From an uncultured Candidatus Poseidoniales archaeon (GTDB lineage Archaea > Thermoplasmatota > Poseidoniia > Poseidoniales > Poseidoniaceae): 64,000 bases of DNA. The translations under genes and the position numbers were made by a program. The stretch covers positions 4,922-68,921 of the forward strand of contig CAXGWS010000008.1 in the NCBI GenBank assembly GCA_964013535.1. Reading direction: 5' to 3'. Below the pieces are notes generated by a model. That model worked only from the letters and a program-made list of their open reading frames with translations. It was not told the origin of the DNA and searched no databases. Below are positions 26,501 to 34,936 of the stretch, in pieces; within the stretch, counting starts at the first letter, position 1, and the number at the start of each line of letters is the position of its first letter.

Positions 26501-28666
26501 AATTTCCCACTGGTCTAAAGCGAATTCGCCAAGGCCTGTCAAATCTGTCTGATTGAGTCGAGTGTACTGAATCTCTTCACCCGCAGTAACGTTGCCGGAG
26601 TCAACCCAAGCAATGTGTACATTGTTTTGATCATCGGTCAACAAGGACGGGAAAATCGAGTGGCCTGACCATGGGCGATTGTTAGCAAGTCCTGATAATC
26701 CTTCAACATTAGAAATCGGGGTGTCCTGAATCTTCTTGATTGCATACGTTGACAATCCCTCTTCAGCACCGTCGAATGCCCCTGCACCTTGCAGTCTTAA
26801 CTTGGTGTAGTATACCTCGTAATTGGCAGATTTCTCGAAGCCGTAATCACGAGCATCCATCCAAGCGATGTGTGTGTTACCCTGCATGTCCACTCCAATT
26901 GAAGGGTGGAAGGAGTATGCATCGTCAATAGTGACTCTGGTGTCATTGACTACAACTAAATGGCCAGTTTCTGCTGGGCCTGTATCCTCCACATATCCTC
27001 CATTAGCGACCGAGTGGCCCGACGCTCCTGGTGTCCAAGTTGGATCATTATTCATCTTTGCATAAGGGTCCAAAACGGTCATGTAAATTTCACGAGAATT
27101 GTTTGTCGCGACATAGACCATTGCCTCGACAAGTAATGCCATTGCACCAGTTCCGCCGCTGCCAGATGGGAATTCGTATGCTTGACCACCAGCGTTAACG
27201 TTGCCTGGATTATTGGTCGGGTCTGCACCTGGACAATTTCTCGGTTGAGTAGAAACAACGCCGTTAGGACATTTAACTAAATCAAGGAAGTGCGATTGAA
27301 TATTTCCAGCGCCGCCGTATCCTTGTCCGTAAAGCCCGATTGGGATAACGCCTGCTCTTACGCAACTATCGTGAGCCTCACTGATTGAGTTGATGTCGTC
27401 GGCTTGTTGTGACGGGTCCCCATCTTTTGGTCCTTCATCAGAGACCGGTAGAACAATCTTGGTCGCATTTGGATTCCACTTGTGGTTTGGTCCGCCTGCA
27501 AGTGGACTTCCCGGTACGTTGTCGTTAGCGTCGCGCCATGACAAGCAAGCCCAGTTTGTCCCTGGGCCCCAATCTTCACCAGAGCTACCTGAATACGGAT
27601 TGCCGTTGTAAACTGTGGTAGATAATGTGCGTATACCACCTGAGTCGTCGCCGTCTCCCAACGGAGTTGAACGTGGTCCTGCATTTTGGTTGTAACCAGA
27701 ACAATCTCCGCTGTCAGCGGCAGATGGTAGGCCAAAGCCTCCATCTAGGCCGTAGATGGTTTCGTAAACAGTCATGTTCGCAACTTCAAGAAGTGGTTTT
27801 ATGCCTTCGAATGCAGAACCATCAGAGAATGTTCCACCGTAAATTACCGTACAAACGTCAGCCCATTCTGAGTACATAGAACCTGAGGTGTCGATAACAA
27901 ACACCAGTTCTACCTTGCCACCACGGGTGTCATCCCAAGCAATTTGCACTTGGTCATTGGCATCAACAACAATATCTGGATGTCCTTTGTGTCCGATTAT
28001 AGGTGTCAGTAGCGTGTCATCGAATAATGTAATTACATCTTGAGTAACGAAATCTGGTTGAATCATTGAGTAGTAAACTTGGGGTTGGTTGAAGAATTTC
28101 TCTAACTCATCATACTCATCTTCCCACGCAATGTGGATATTGCCTTGAGAGTCGACATCGATTGATGCCCAATCTCTGTCTTGGGCTCGCTGAGAAATGA
28201 CTACGTCATCAATACCCGTAATCGCACCATCGGTTGATGGTTGACCGTTGAAAGGTTGAATTTTGTACGGGCTTAGTGCTGTGTACATTATCTTGTGAGT
28301 ACCAGATTTGTCGGTCCATACGACGTGGATATTATCATCTTCATCAGCAACTACGTCTGGATGCCAAACCTTGTGGATTCCTGGGTTGGTAAACTGAGTT
28401 GCGTCGATGAGGATTTCGCCGTTACTTGCCACCATGGAATAGTACAGATGCAGGTTATTTCGTGCCCATATGATGTGGACATTGCCTTGACTGTCTCCAA
28501 CTATTGCCGTTTGAGTGTCCGAAGCAGACCCCCCATCGACAATTTGCTGTGGCTCGGTTATCACCACTGTATTGGCCTGAGCATAATCGCTCGCTACGAC
28601 CATTCCAGACATGGCTGACAATAACATAATCAATACTAAACTCACGGACTTGAATGTTTGACTCAT
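23522..28666 (-). CDS. giant anchored surface protein: signal peptide, propeller-like repeats with inserted vWA domain, multiple CARDB/NEW3-like beta-sandwich domains, C-terminal TM anchor
   Basis: The start at 28666 (MSQTFKSVSLVLIMLLSAMSGMVVA) is preceded by GAGAGGA. The MIDAS motif is FVIDTSGSM. Repeats of the type GNxHIAW(x)D...YY occur. N(T/N)GN motifs (ITNTGNVQD, ITNNGNVQD, TTNNGNGPD, LQNVGNTHA) are present. The TM helix ALPFVVILLTLSLLGVVYFVG lies near the C-terminus. Confidence 0.75.
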   Translation of the reverse strand: MSQTFKSVSLVLIMLLSAMSGMVVASDYAQANTVVITEPQQIVDGGSASDTQTAIVGDSQGNVHIIWARNNLHLYYSMVASNGEILIDATQFTNPGIHKVWHPDVVADEDDNIHVVWTDKSGTHKIMYTALSPYKIQPFNGQPSTDGAITGIDDVVISQRAQDRDWASIDVDSQGNIHIAWEDEYDELEKFFNQPQVYYSMIQPDFVTQDVITLFDDTLLTPIIGHKGHPDIVVDANDQVQIAWDDTRGGKVELVFVIDTSGSMYSEWADVCTVIYGGTFSDGSAFEGIKPLLEVANMTVYETIYGLDGGFGLPSAADSGDCSGYNQNAGPRSTPLGDGDDSGGIRTLSTTVYNGNPYSGSSGEDWGPGTNWACLSWRDANDNVPGSPLAGGPNHKWNPNATKIVLPVSDEGPKDGDPSQQADDINSISEAHDSCVRAGVIPIGLYGQGYGGAGNIQSHFLDLVKCPNGVVSTQPRNCPGADPTNNPGNVNAGGQAYEFPSGSGGTGAMALLVEAMVYVATNNSREIYMTVLDPYAKMNNDPTWTPGASGHSVANGGYVEDTGPAETGHLVVVNDTRVTIDDAYSFHPSIGVDMQGNTHIAWMDARDYGFEKSANYEVYYTKLRLQGAGAFDGAEEGLSTYAIKKIQDTPISNVEGLSGLANNRPWSGHSIFPSLLTDDQNNVHIAWVDSGNVTAGEEIQYTRLNQTDLTGLGEFALDQWEIVPITSWASNKLGTDTAGRPEIGMPPAFANDLGSGAHVGWSDRNKCNDEQNGAFTICYSHVLTGQVDVELELGETFYHVIEPGEQTLFNMTMNNSTPGDIDLVADTYGLNITGVPQNWSAQIFFSDNQTQITPTTPIFLKGGEFINFYLRVQAPTIYQANEDELAQIVVTAKSYKDPAIRSDLTTLTLMDVVHGISLDTSLSVQDIEQGSQATFSITITNTGNVQDSFLFWDPNTLEGQQEWLLPFGWEITFPLRVELDPGKSTTKILTVKVPSTEDPGAFVIYLKGWSEGEPIKSVDKGTYDILELGIFVSIKSEGNIVFEEMLADEKEVEIKAGECHRFEQDVTKNFESGNLIFSTPGAPEQQPDDVDEATWRQSNWLLTIDFSQTPGGAEATLGTPIEWKLDAGTTFRTWTVRVNVCVPDDASIGSKSFTLQANLEGYQKVSDSGRYTVNVIHEYSLDTQIEREADRLVSVTDSNGNPISAIAVNPGENLVLPVTTTNNGNGPDRFDFRLTTVIDPTGVPVRTGHWDIVIPRESLEELDRDSDQTFDVLMNIPEFDIGAGLYVVEFKTLSEEAYPNEENRITRERDVDFLYVYVNEFYDMEITMDSTIDNPVKVSAPGKVVSFAVNITNNGNVQDWPMLDNHTAQTQGNNLVWSELPGMGALSGWSVEWRTIKKISNDLSVDEECVIISDPMPASDASQVETDSYYTMVEEMQDSTRCAYIEPNMVYMMPKMAPYQTIEMIAVVKISTTAKLDTRNVGLKVVSMAGDMTEGGDYDSSPSWQGENLDSNEFIVTLSLKAPDLVVKEILISQYSGEIDSTIPVGIILQNVGNTHATDIEIVLCQYDDANSQSIINDIKRNGCDEDSIVMRQVVGALLAPDDSEDAKEIEIYLLYPVVAGSKGVYVVVDPMDNIVEGSESNNIKAIPEPLESPSPFFDVAGQIVGKTALPFVVILLTLSLLGVVYFVGKARREEVNKRIAEQSSLVSVLSSED
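27083..27916 (-). other. vWA-like domain inserted within the repeat region of the giant surface protein
   Basis: It begins KVELVFVIDTSGSMYSEW (DxSxS MIDAS), continues to IVLPVSDEGP and then VIPIGLYGQG. It is flanked on both sides by GNxHIAW-type repeats. Confidence 0.6.
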
Positions 28667-28750
28667 AGACAATCCTCTCTTACAACACATTAACGAGGTT
28701 TTCATGGTACTTAACAACGACCCTTTCAGGTCATAAAATTAACAACTCGC

Positions 28751-29404
28751 TCAAGCCCATTCTGAGGGGTCAAAGCTGGTTCCAAATGACATCTTTTCGT
28801 CAAATTCAACCTCGATGCTTTCTTCATTAGATGGTTGGGACTTAGCAGGTTCGATTCTGGCTGATTTACTATTTTCCCAATCATCAACAGGCCCGGGTTT
28901 ACCAACCCCGGGACCGTATGAGTATTTTATCTCGTGAATAATGCCAAGTTTTGCAAGCCATAGCCTTCTCAAAGAATGCATAAATTCGTTTTTGGTTATT
29001 CCATCGAACCATATTGGTAAACTTACGTTAAACGCTTGTAGTGGACCGGGTTTCTTATTCCCTTGATGACCCATGTGGATACCCCAATCAACTGCAGAAC
29101 CAATCAATTGTAATCGAGCTTCATGTATCCATTCAGCCCAACCATCTTTATCGTCTTTCATATGATTAGCCATTTCGTCTTGTTGACCTTTGTCGACTCT
29201 TGTCATGCTTGATATAGCGACTAAGTCACGATTCTTTGGAACAACGACAGCAAACATGTGTCCTTGTTTGCCTTGAGGATATTTGATTAGTACATGAGTG
29301 TGCGCTCTTGGATCATTTTGTTCCTTGACAAATAACCGCTCCTCATCAAGCCATTTTCTGACCAATGATACTATTTCACTCGGTGTCACATTGACTCCCA
29401 GCAA
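28751..29404 (-). CDS. hypothetical protein, possibly DUF2299/YbjN-like
   Basis: It has a TTG start. The layout IVSLVRKWLDEE...THVLIKYP...FAVVVPKNRDLVAISS...IWFDGITKNEF resembles archaeal DUF2299 as I remember it. This call is weak. Confidence 0.4.
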   Translation of the reverse strand: MLGVNVTPSEIVSLVRKWLDEERLFVKEQNDPRAHTHVLIKYPQGKQGHMFAVVVPKNRDLVAISSMTRVDKGQQDEMANHMKDDKDGWAEWIHEARLQLIGSAVDWGIHMGHQGNKKPGPLQAFNVSLPIWFDGITKNEFMHSLRRLWLAKLGIIHEIKYSYGPGVGKPGPVDDWENSKSARIEPAKSQPSNEESIEVEFDEKMSFGTSFDPSEWA

Positions 29405-29435
29405 CTCATCCCGTTTGAATCAAACCCAAGATTTT

Positions 29436-31067
29436 CTAATCACTTTGCAAATCCTGCTTTATTTCTTCTATCAAATTAAACAACTCTTGTTTGTCTATCT
29501 TAGGGAGTTTTAATTTCCTTAGATATCCTCTAAAATCAACATAATCATCCCACACAATGGAGAACAAATGTCCGGTAAAGTATGATATCGGAAACATAAG
29601 TAACCACATGGCAAATAATGCCGCAAATAAACTTGCAGACGTGCCACCAAACGCATGAGTCCAATCGTATCCAGTAATCTCAGTCAACGTACCTGTTTGC
29701 CAATACAACATAGCGACCAATACTCCTGACGATATGGGCCAAACAATGATTGAGCCAAACATAGCAGCAAGGAATTGATATGAAGTTCTTGCATCAATGC
29801 CCTCGTCTGTTGAGTCTCCCAGCAATCTACCGAGCACGACCTGAGGTAACAGAGAAATCAGGAAAACTGGAAGCAATAACGCGAATAATGTTGCCCTGAC
29901 AATTCCCAGCGGTAATTTGGCTATTCGCGGTGAAGCAAGTTTGTTTGAAGAATGATTCAAATCTCGCCCGTCAAGTCCATTCTTGTGTAATATCTCGGCT
30001 GCTCGAGAGGATTTATCCACGATTGGATTGATGATTTTTTCAGGTTGAAGGTTATCAACGTCAAGCGATTTGGACTTACTCGCGTATGTATCTCTCAACT
30101 CTCGAGCCAACTCAACTTCTTGTCTCCAAGTGGTGGGTTTTTTGCCTTCCATGCGGCCCTTCACATGTCCCAGTAGCATGAGACCACGATACTCTTCCCA
30201 AGAATTAGCATTGGGGCTAAGTGGTACCAAATCAGTTCGCAACTTATCGCGTAGTTTGAACACAGATTCTGCCGGCGGTTCAGACCAAGTACCGCTGGAA
30301 ACTGCATCGACTAAATTTTGTGGAACATCATCACTTTCCACTTGAATTGGGGTGCCGTATTCAACCCAAACATCCGTTCGGAAATATTCTCGCGTCCTGA
30401 AATGAAGTCCCATCGGAATCAATACTGGCAACTCTTTGTTAGAAGCCTTAGCGAGGGCACTAGCCGCCAACACTGTGCGCATTGGGCCGGTTCTAAACCG
30501 TAACATGTATGCATTATTGTGACTAGTTCCTTCGGGAAACAAGACACAGCCATAACCGTGAGAAATACCGGACGCCAACGTCATCAATGAGCGCCCGTTG
30601 AGAAAGTTAGCCTCTTCTTCCGTACATCCCCCTCGCAATAATTCAGCCTTTCTAACCACAGGCTGAACCGCCATTTTTCTCGTCCACCAACCCAGCATTG
30701 GGCGAGTAACTAGGTCATGCCTTGCACCCAATACGAAATACTCAGGATGGTTTAGTGTAATTTGTAACGCATCTAATATCCCATTAGTGTGCCAAGCACA
30801 GCAAAGTGAACCTCTATCTCTGGGAATCTTTTCCATCCCAGATGCTTCAATTGTGCGGAATTGAACCTTACTAATCCGGCTGCAAATCCAATAAATCACT
30901 TTGGTCCAAAAGTATGAACCGGGGGTTTTGCCTTCATAGGTTGGTATTGGAGTTGACAGTAATTTATCCATTTTCATATTCTTGGCTGATTTAGATAAGT
31001 AGGGGAGCGCATCACCTCGGTGGTCAAGTACTCCATCATTCATGACTTCTGGGTCAGGATGTTTCAT
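29436..31067 (-). CDS. LPLAT-superfamily acyltransferase (PlsC/AGPAT-like) with C-terminal multi-TM region
   Basis: The acyltransferase motifs are AWHTNGILD (H-x5-D variant), FPEGTSHN and PVLIPMGLHF. There are three or more C-terminal TM helices. The ATG overlaps the HIT stop (ATGA). Confidence 0.7.
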   Translation of the reverse strand: MKHPDPEVMNDGVLDHRGDALPYLSKSAKNMKMDKLLSTPIPTYEGKTPGSYFWTKVIYWICSRISKVQFRTIEASGMEKIPRDRGSLCCAWHTNGILDALQITLNHPEYFVLGARHDLVTRPMLGWWTRKMAVQPVVRKAELLRGGCTEEEANFLNGRSLMTLASGISHGYGCVLFPEGTSHNNAYMLRFRTGPMRTVLAASALAKASNKELPVLIPMGLHFRTREYFRTDVWVEYGTPIQVESDDVPQNLVDAVSSGTWSEPPAESVFKLRDKLRTDLVPLSPNANSWEEYRGLMLLGHVKGRMEGKKPTTWRQEVELARELRDTYASKSKSLDVDNLQPEKIINPIVDKSSRAAEILHKNGLDGRDLNHSSNKLASPRIAKLPLGIVRATLFALLLPVFLISLLPQVVLGRLLGDSTDEGIDARTSYQFLAAMFGSIIVWPISSGVLVAMLYWQTGTLTEITGYDWTHAFGGTSASLFAALFAMWLLMFPISYFTGHLFSIVWDDYVDFRGYLRKLKLPKIDKQELFNLIEEIKQDLQSD

Positions 31068-31498
31068 GATTCCACCTCACTCAATCTACTTGCAATTTCT
31101 GCCAACTCTGCATGATTAGGTTCTCCAGTAACTGTATCCGGCCACATTGCCATTAGGGTCCTGCCCCCATCACCTGCATTTCTTGGTATCACATGTACGT
31201 GAACATGTGGCACTTCTTGACCTGCCAACGGCCCATCATGAACGCAAATGGTGAAATCCGCTGTAGCAAATACCTTCGATAATCTGTTTTGGACCTCTTT
31301 TACCCCAATAAACAAATTAGCTATTTCTTGGTCATCTAAGTCTTGTAAATTGGACACCTGTTTGTGAGGCACTACCAAGGTATGACCTTTTCTTCGAGGA
31401 AATATGTCAAGAAATGCAAACCAGTCTTCACCGCTTGCTACTTTGTGAGCGGGAATCTCCCCTGCGATAATTTTACCAAACAAAGTATGCTCGCTCAT
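31064..31498 (-). CDS. HIT-family (histidine triad) nucleotide hydrolase/transferase
   Basis: It has LFGKIIAGEIPA and the histidine triad HVHVHVIPR. The ATG at 31498 is preferred over 31552. Confidence 0.85.
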   Translation of the reverse strand: MSEHTLFGKIIAGEIPAHKVASGEDWFAFLDIFPRRKGHTLVVPHKQVSNLQDLDDQEIANLFIGVKEVQNRLSKVFATADFTICVHDGPLAGQEVPHVHVHVIPRNAGDGGRTLMAMWPDTVTGEPNHAELAEIASRLSEVES

Positions 31499-31530
31499 GG
31501 TGCTTGCTAGAGCATCCAAGTTATTGTCTT

Positions 31531-33150
31531 TCACTGCGGAGCCAATATCCAATTGTCTTTCTGACCTTTTCTAACAGCTAAAGTACCAACATTATCTTCA
31601 TTATCGACTGTTATATGGTGAATTAATTCGGGGTTTTCTTCCGCAAAGTCGCTTCTCAAGTGAACGCCACGAGATTCATTTCTTGCCAATGCGGATTTTA
31701 TTGAGGCTCTCAGTAAGCGAATTCCTGATTGAACCCTAAGCAGAGAAGAATAGTTGGTATTGGCGATTAGTGACTTTTGATCCAAATGTACCTCTTGAGC
31801 AGAGGTTGCGGCTTGTGCCAAATCTTCTAACATTTTAGACAGGTCATCAGCACTATTGGCATCGGAGGTGAATTTTGTTGCGATGCCCAGTAGTCTGCTG
31901 TTGAGAGCGCCAACCCTGTGCACTGTTTCGGATGCTTCGGCAGAGAATTTAGATGCGAAGTTTGCTTCACAGTTTTCCAGTGACTCTCGTAAATTATCAG
32001 TATTAGAAAAGGACTGTTTTGCCACCCATTCGGCAGCGTGTGTTGCGGCGCTACTACCACCAGTCAAGGCATCCAGTAGGCGATTGCCGGGCAATATGCC
32101 TGCTCCGTTAAGTCCCGAGCAGGCAGCATCACCTGCCGCGTATAATCCAGTGAACCAACGCGACCAACTACCAATTACCGCCCTACCACATTCGTCGGTC
32201 GGAATACCCCCGATTGTTTGATTGACTCGATTTTCTAATCCAACTGTGTACTTATTCATATCAACTCCAGTCGAGCTCTTGACAACTCTGAATGCAGATT
32301 GCCACCATACACCGCTGTCACCCATGTTCCGTCCATCCATGACAGCACCGCCTGATTGTGCAGCGATATCGCACAAATCAGTCATGTTGTCGGCAGTTAA
32401 ACTGGCGCCTGAGGTGTCGCACAAATCAGCTCCATAACCTAGCATTGTCGAAGACAGGACTAATTTTGAATCCGCAACCGCCAACGGCGACTTAGCGATG
32501 AATTCCATGTCTCTTAGCGGCAGACCTGCTCGCAGGGCTAAATCCATACCGAAACCAATTCCTGTTCCATTGAAAATTCCTTCGAAGCCGCCATCAGCAA
32601 TTATCACCGCTTTAGTTTGAATGGCAAGGAATCTCCCGTTAACCATGTCCAAAGTAATGACCCCGTCAACCTTTTGCTTTGTACTGACCAACATTACGGG
32701 GAGTTGATCGCCCCTTCGAACAACTCCATGTTTCATGCATTGTTCTTCTAAAATCTGTTGAACATCTCTAATCGAGGAATCACCGGCATCGACAACTCTT
32801 GGACTTGAATGCCCGATTAATTTCTTGGTCAAAGGCAAGCCTTTGGCGTCTCGACTGAATACTACTCCGGCTTTTTCCAAATGATTCATCTCATCGATTG
32901 CAGTGCTCGTTTTAGCTGAGACTATATCTTGGTCGCAAAGAAAAAACCCCGATTTTATCGTATCTTCTCTGTGGCCCCTATTGTTCATTTCTTGGATTGG
33001 TGCAGCAAGCCCATCTAGGGCTGCAGAGTTTCCTTTACCAAGAGCAGTTGATGAGATAAGTAGTGTCTTTGCACCACTCTTCGCTGATAAAGCAGCAGAG
33101 CGTAGTGCTGCGGGGCCATCGCCGATAACAAGTATGTCCCATGCTTCCAT
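31531..33150 (-). CDS. FAD-dependent flavoprotein of the SdhA/FrdA/NadB family, divergent active site
   Basis: It has the dinucleotide fold DILVIGDGPAALRSAA. Family motifs GGIPTDECGRAV, GLYAAGDAACSGLNGAGILPGNRLLDAL and ARNESRGVHLRSDF are present. FHPT and RGEGG equivalents are not seen. Confidence 0.7.
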   Translation of the reverse strand: MEAWDILVIGDGPAALRSAALSAKSGAKTLLISSTALGKGNSAALDGLAAPIQEMNNRGHREDTIKSGFFLCDQDIVSAKTSTAIDEMNHLEKAGVVFSRDAKGLPLTKKLIGHSSPRVVDAGDSSIRDVQQILEEQCMKHGVVRRGDQLPVMLVSTKQKVDGVITLDMVNGRFLAIQTKAVIIADGGFEGIFNGTGIGFGMDLALRAGLPLRDMEFIAKSPLAVADSKLVLSSTMLGYGADLCDTSGASLTADNMTDLCDIAAQSGGAVMDGRNMGDSGVWWQSAFRVVKSSTGVDMNKYTVGLENRVNQTIGGIPTDECGRAVIGSWSRWFTGLYAAGDAACSGLNGAGILPGNRLLDALTGGSSAATHAAEWVAKQSFSNTDNLRESLENCEANFASKFSAEASETVHRVGALNSRLLGIATKFTSDANSADDLSKMLEDLAQAATSAQEVHLDQKSLIANTNYSSLLRVQSGIRLLRASIKSALARNESRGVHLRSDFAEENPELIHHITVDNEDNVGTLAVRKGQKDNWILAPQ

Positions 33151-33229
33151 TCTAAATCACCCGTCAGTCTACGCGAAGCGTGAGGGGGAAATAAGCCAAC
33201 CGCATACAATATTGATTTCTAATAATCAA

Positions 33230-34777
33230 TCAAGAAGAGATAGGTATTTCCATTTCACCGATTTTTCTCGCCTTTTCAAGCCTGAGTTGCCGCTTTCTAA
33301 GGGCGTTAGAGACTTTTCTGCTAACCTTGGTAGTCAATACTTGAGATTCCAGCACAACACCCTTATCGTCTCTTAGCACAACTTGTATGTTGGTTGCGCC
33401 ATAGAAATTTCTATTCCATGCCACATTCATCCACAAAACTACCCCTTTATGCAAATATCTTGGAATCCAATCGAGACAGTCCTCGTCATTTTTGGCTGAT
33501 AGTTTTACACTGCCTCTTGGGGGTGGGCATGCATCGAGTTCGAATCGATGAGTGCGAGTTTCAGGTTCACCGTTAGGGACTAAGACCTCAACAGTAACCG
33601 TACTTTTCTCGAAGGATTGATTGTTCAATACGATGAATAGATTGGTAGCACCACCAACGCAAACATCATCAAGGGCGACATCCATTCGCCATTTTGCTCT
33701 TGAAATCTCAGGCTTGCCACTTAACAAATCAGTTTGTAGTCTATCCAGTAGATTGAAGGCGCTAGGTTGCCAAGCTTTGGCGTGAGAGATTAACCGTTGT
33801 AATGTCCGCCAATTGAAATCATTATCTTGGTCGTAAAGAATGGTTTTGATTTTCCCCCGAACCATAAACGTGCCAAATTCAGACCTAACATCTGCATCGG
33901 AAACTTCGCCCAAATTGTGTAAATACAATATGTATAATAATCTCTCAAGTGCCTGCTTTTTGTCATTCCCCGGCATCAAAGAAGCATGGAAGTTCTCCAA
34001 CCATCGATTCCATTCTAATGCTAAATCTGGATCCAAATGGGCTGTTAGTAAATCGCTTAGAATACTACCTAATTGGGTTTGGTGATGGGTCGGTGCATGA
34101 AAAACTAAGTTCGGGAATCTATCACCAAGTTGCTTCACACTCAAGTTAGTATATTGTGCGTGGAAAGTGTAAATGAAACCGGTTGAAACAGCGACTAAAA
34201 GCGCAAGATTCCATGCGATGGTTCCTGATTTTGTCGCTGTAGCCAAGACAATCATTGAGAATGAGAAACTAATCAATACCGTACTGACAAGGTTATTTCT
34301 TCTGTAATCTCTCAATCCGTCAATAATCCGGTCTATGCCTGGTTGCACTCTTAGAGTATGTCGAACACCGTCACTAAAGCCACCCTGTTCCCTAAGAGAG
34401 AGCCTCGCTTGCATTGCATGCCAAGCCGACTCAACGGCAATAATATTCGGTATAATAGCCAATAATACCGGCACTGGGAGTAAAATAATTAGCCAATTTT
34501 TTGCTGATATCTGGTCGGGAAAGAAGATTCCAAGCATGGCGATAAATGCCAATACAAGACCAACAACAGAACGCCAATAAATCAGTAACCAATATCTCGC
34601 AATATTACCGTAAAATTTTCTCCGCCCTTCCAGATGTGTCCACTGCACTCTGGTTTTTTCTAGCGGATCTTCAATCCGCTCAAATCCATGGCCGTACGGA
34701 TCGGGTAGTTCAAGAGCCGAATTAGGAGTCTTGGAATTACCACTTGCCATCGTATCAAACCAACCAATCGGTTCCAC
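33230..34777 (-). CDS. membrane protein with large C-terminal soluble region
   Basis: There are four to five TM helices in the first 230 aa. No motif is recognised in the remainder. The start is GTG at 34777 or ATG at 34750. Confidence 0.5.
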   Translation of the reverse strand: MEPIGWFDTMASGNSKTPNSALELPDPYGHGFERIEDPLEKTRVQWTHLEGRRKFYGNIARYWLLIYWRSVVGLVLAFIAMLGIFFPDQISAKNWLIILLPVPVLLAIIPNIIAVESAWHAMQARLSLREQGGFSDGVRHTLRVQPGIDRIIDGLRDYRRNNLVSTVLISFSFSMIVLATATKSGTIAWNLALLVAVSTGFIYTFHAQYTNLSVKQLGDRFPNLVFHAPTHHQTQLGSILSDLLTAHLDPDLALEWNRWLENFHASLMPGNDKKQALERLLYILYLHNLGEVSDADVRSEFGTFMVRGKIKTILYDQDNDFNWRTLQRLISHAKAWQPSAFNLLDRLQTDLLSGKPEISRAKWRMDVALDDVCVGGATNLFIVLNNQSFEKSTVTVEVLVPNGEPETRTHRFELDACPPPRGSVKLSAKNDEDCLDWIPRYLHKGVVLWMNVAWNRNFYGATNIQVVLRDDKGVVLESQVLTTKVSRKVSNALRKRQLRLEKARKIGEMEIPISS

Positions 34778-34821
34778 TTTTTACTCATTGCCCAATATTT
34801 CCTCAAGAATTCGTGTTTGAG

Positions 34822-34895
34822 CGGGCGCGGCAGGATTCGAACCCGCGATCTTCGGCTTAGGAGGCCGACGCATTATCCAGCTGTGCTACGCGCCC
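34822..34895 (-). tRNA. tRNA-Arg (anticodon CCT), no encoded CCA
   Basis: It folds by hand. The acceptor is GGGCGCG/CGCGCCC. The anticodon stem is TCGGC/GCCGA with loop CTCCTAA. The T arm is GCGGG-TTCGAAT-CCTGC. Confidence 0.85.
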
Positions 34896-34936
34896 AGCCA
34901 TGCCAGCATCATGGTCGTCATGAGTATTACGATTGG

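Noticed and set aside
24634-28618. Numerous 60-135-aa ORFs on both strands inside the giant surface protein gene
   Set aside because: All are nested in or antisense to a continuous 1714-codon frame with clear domain content, so they are typical shadow ORFs.
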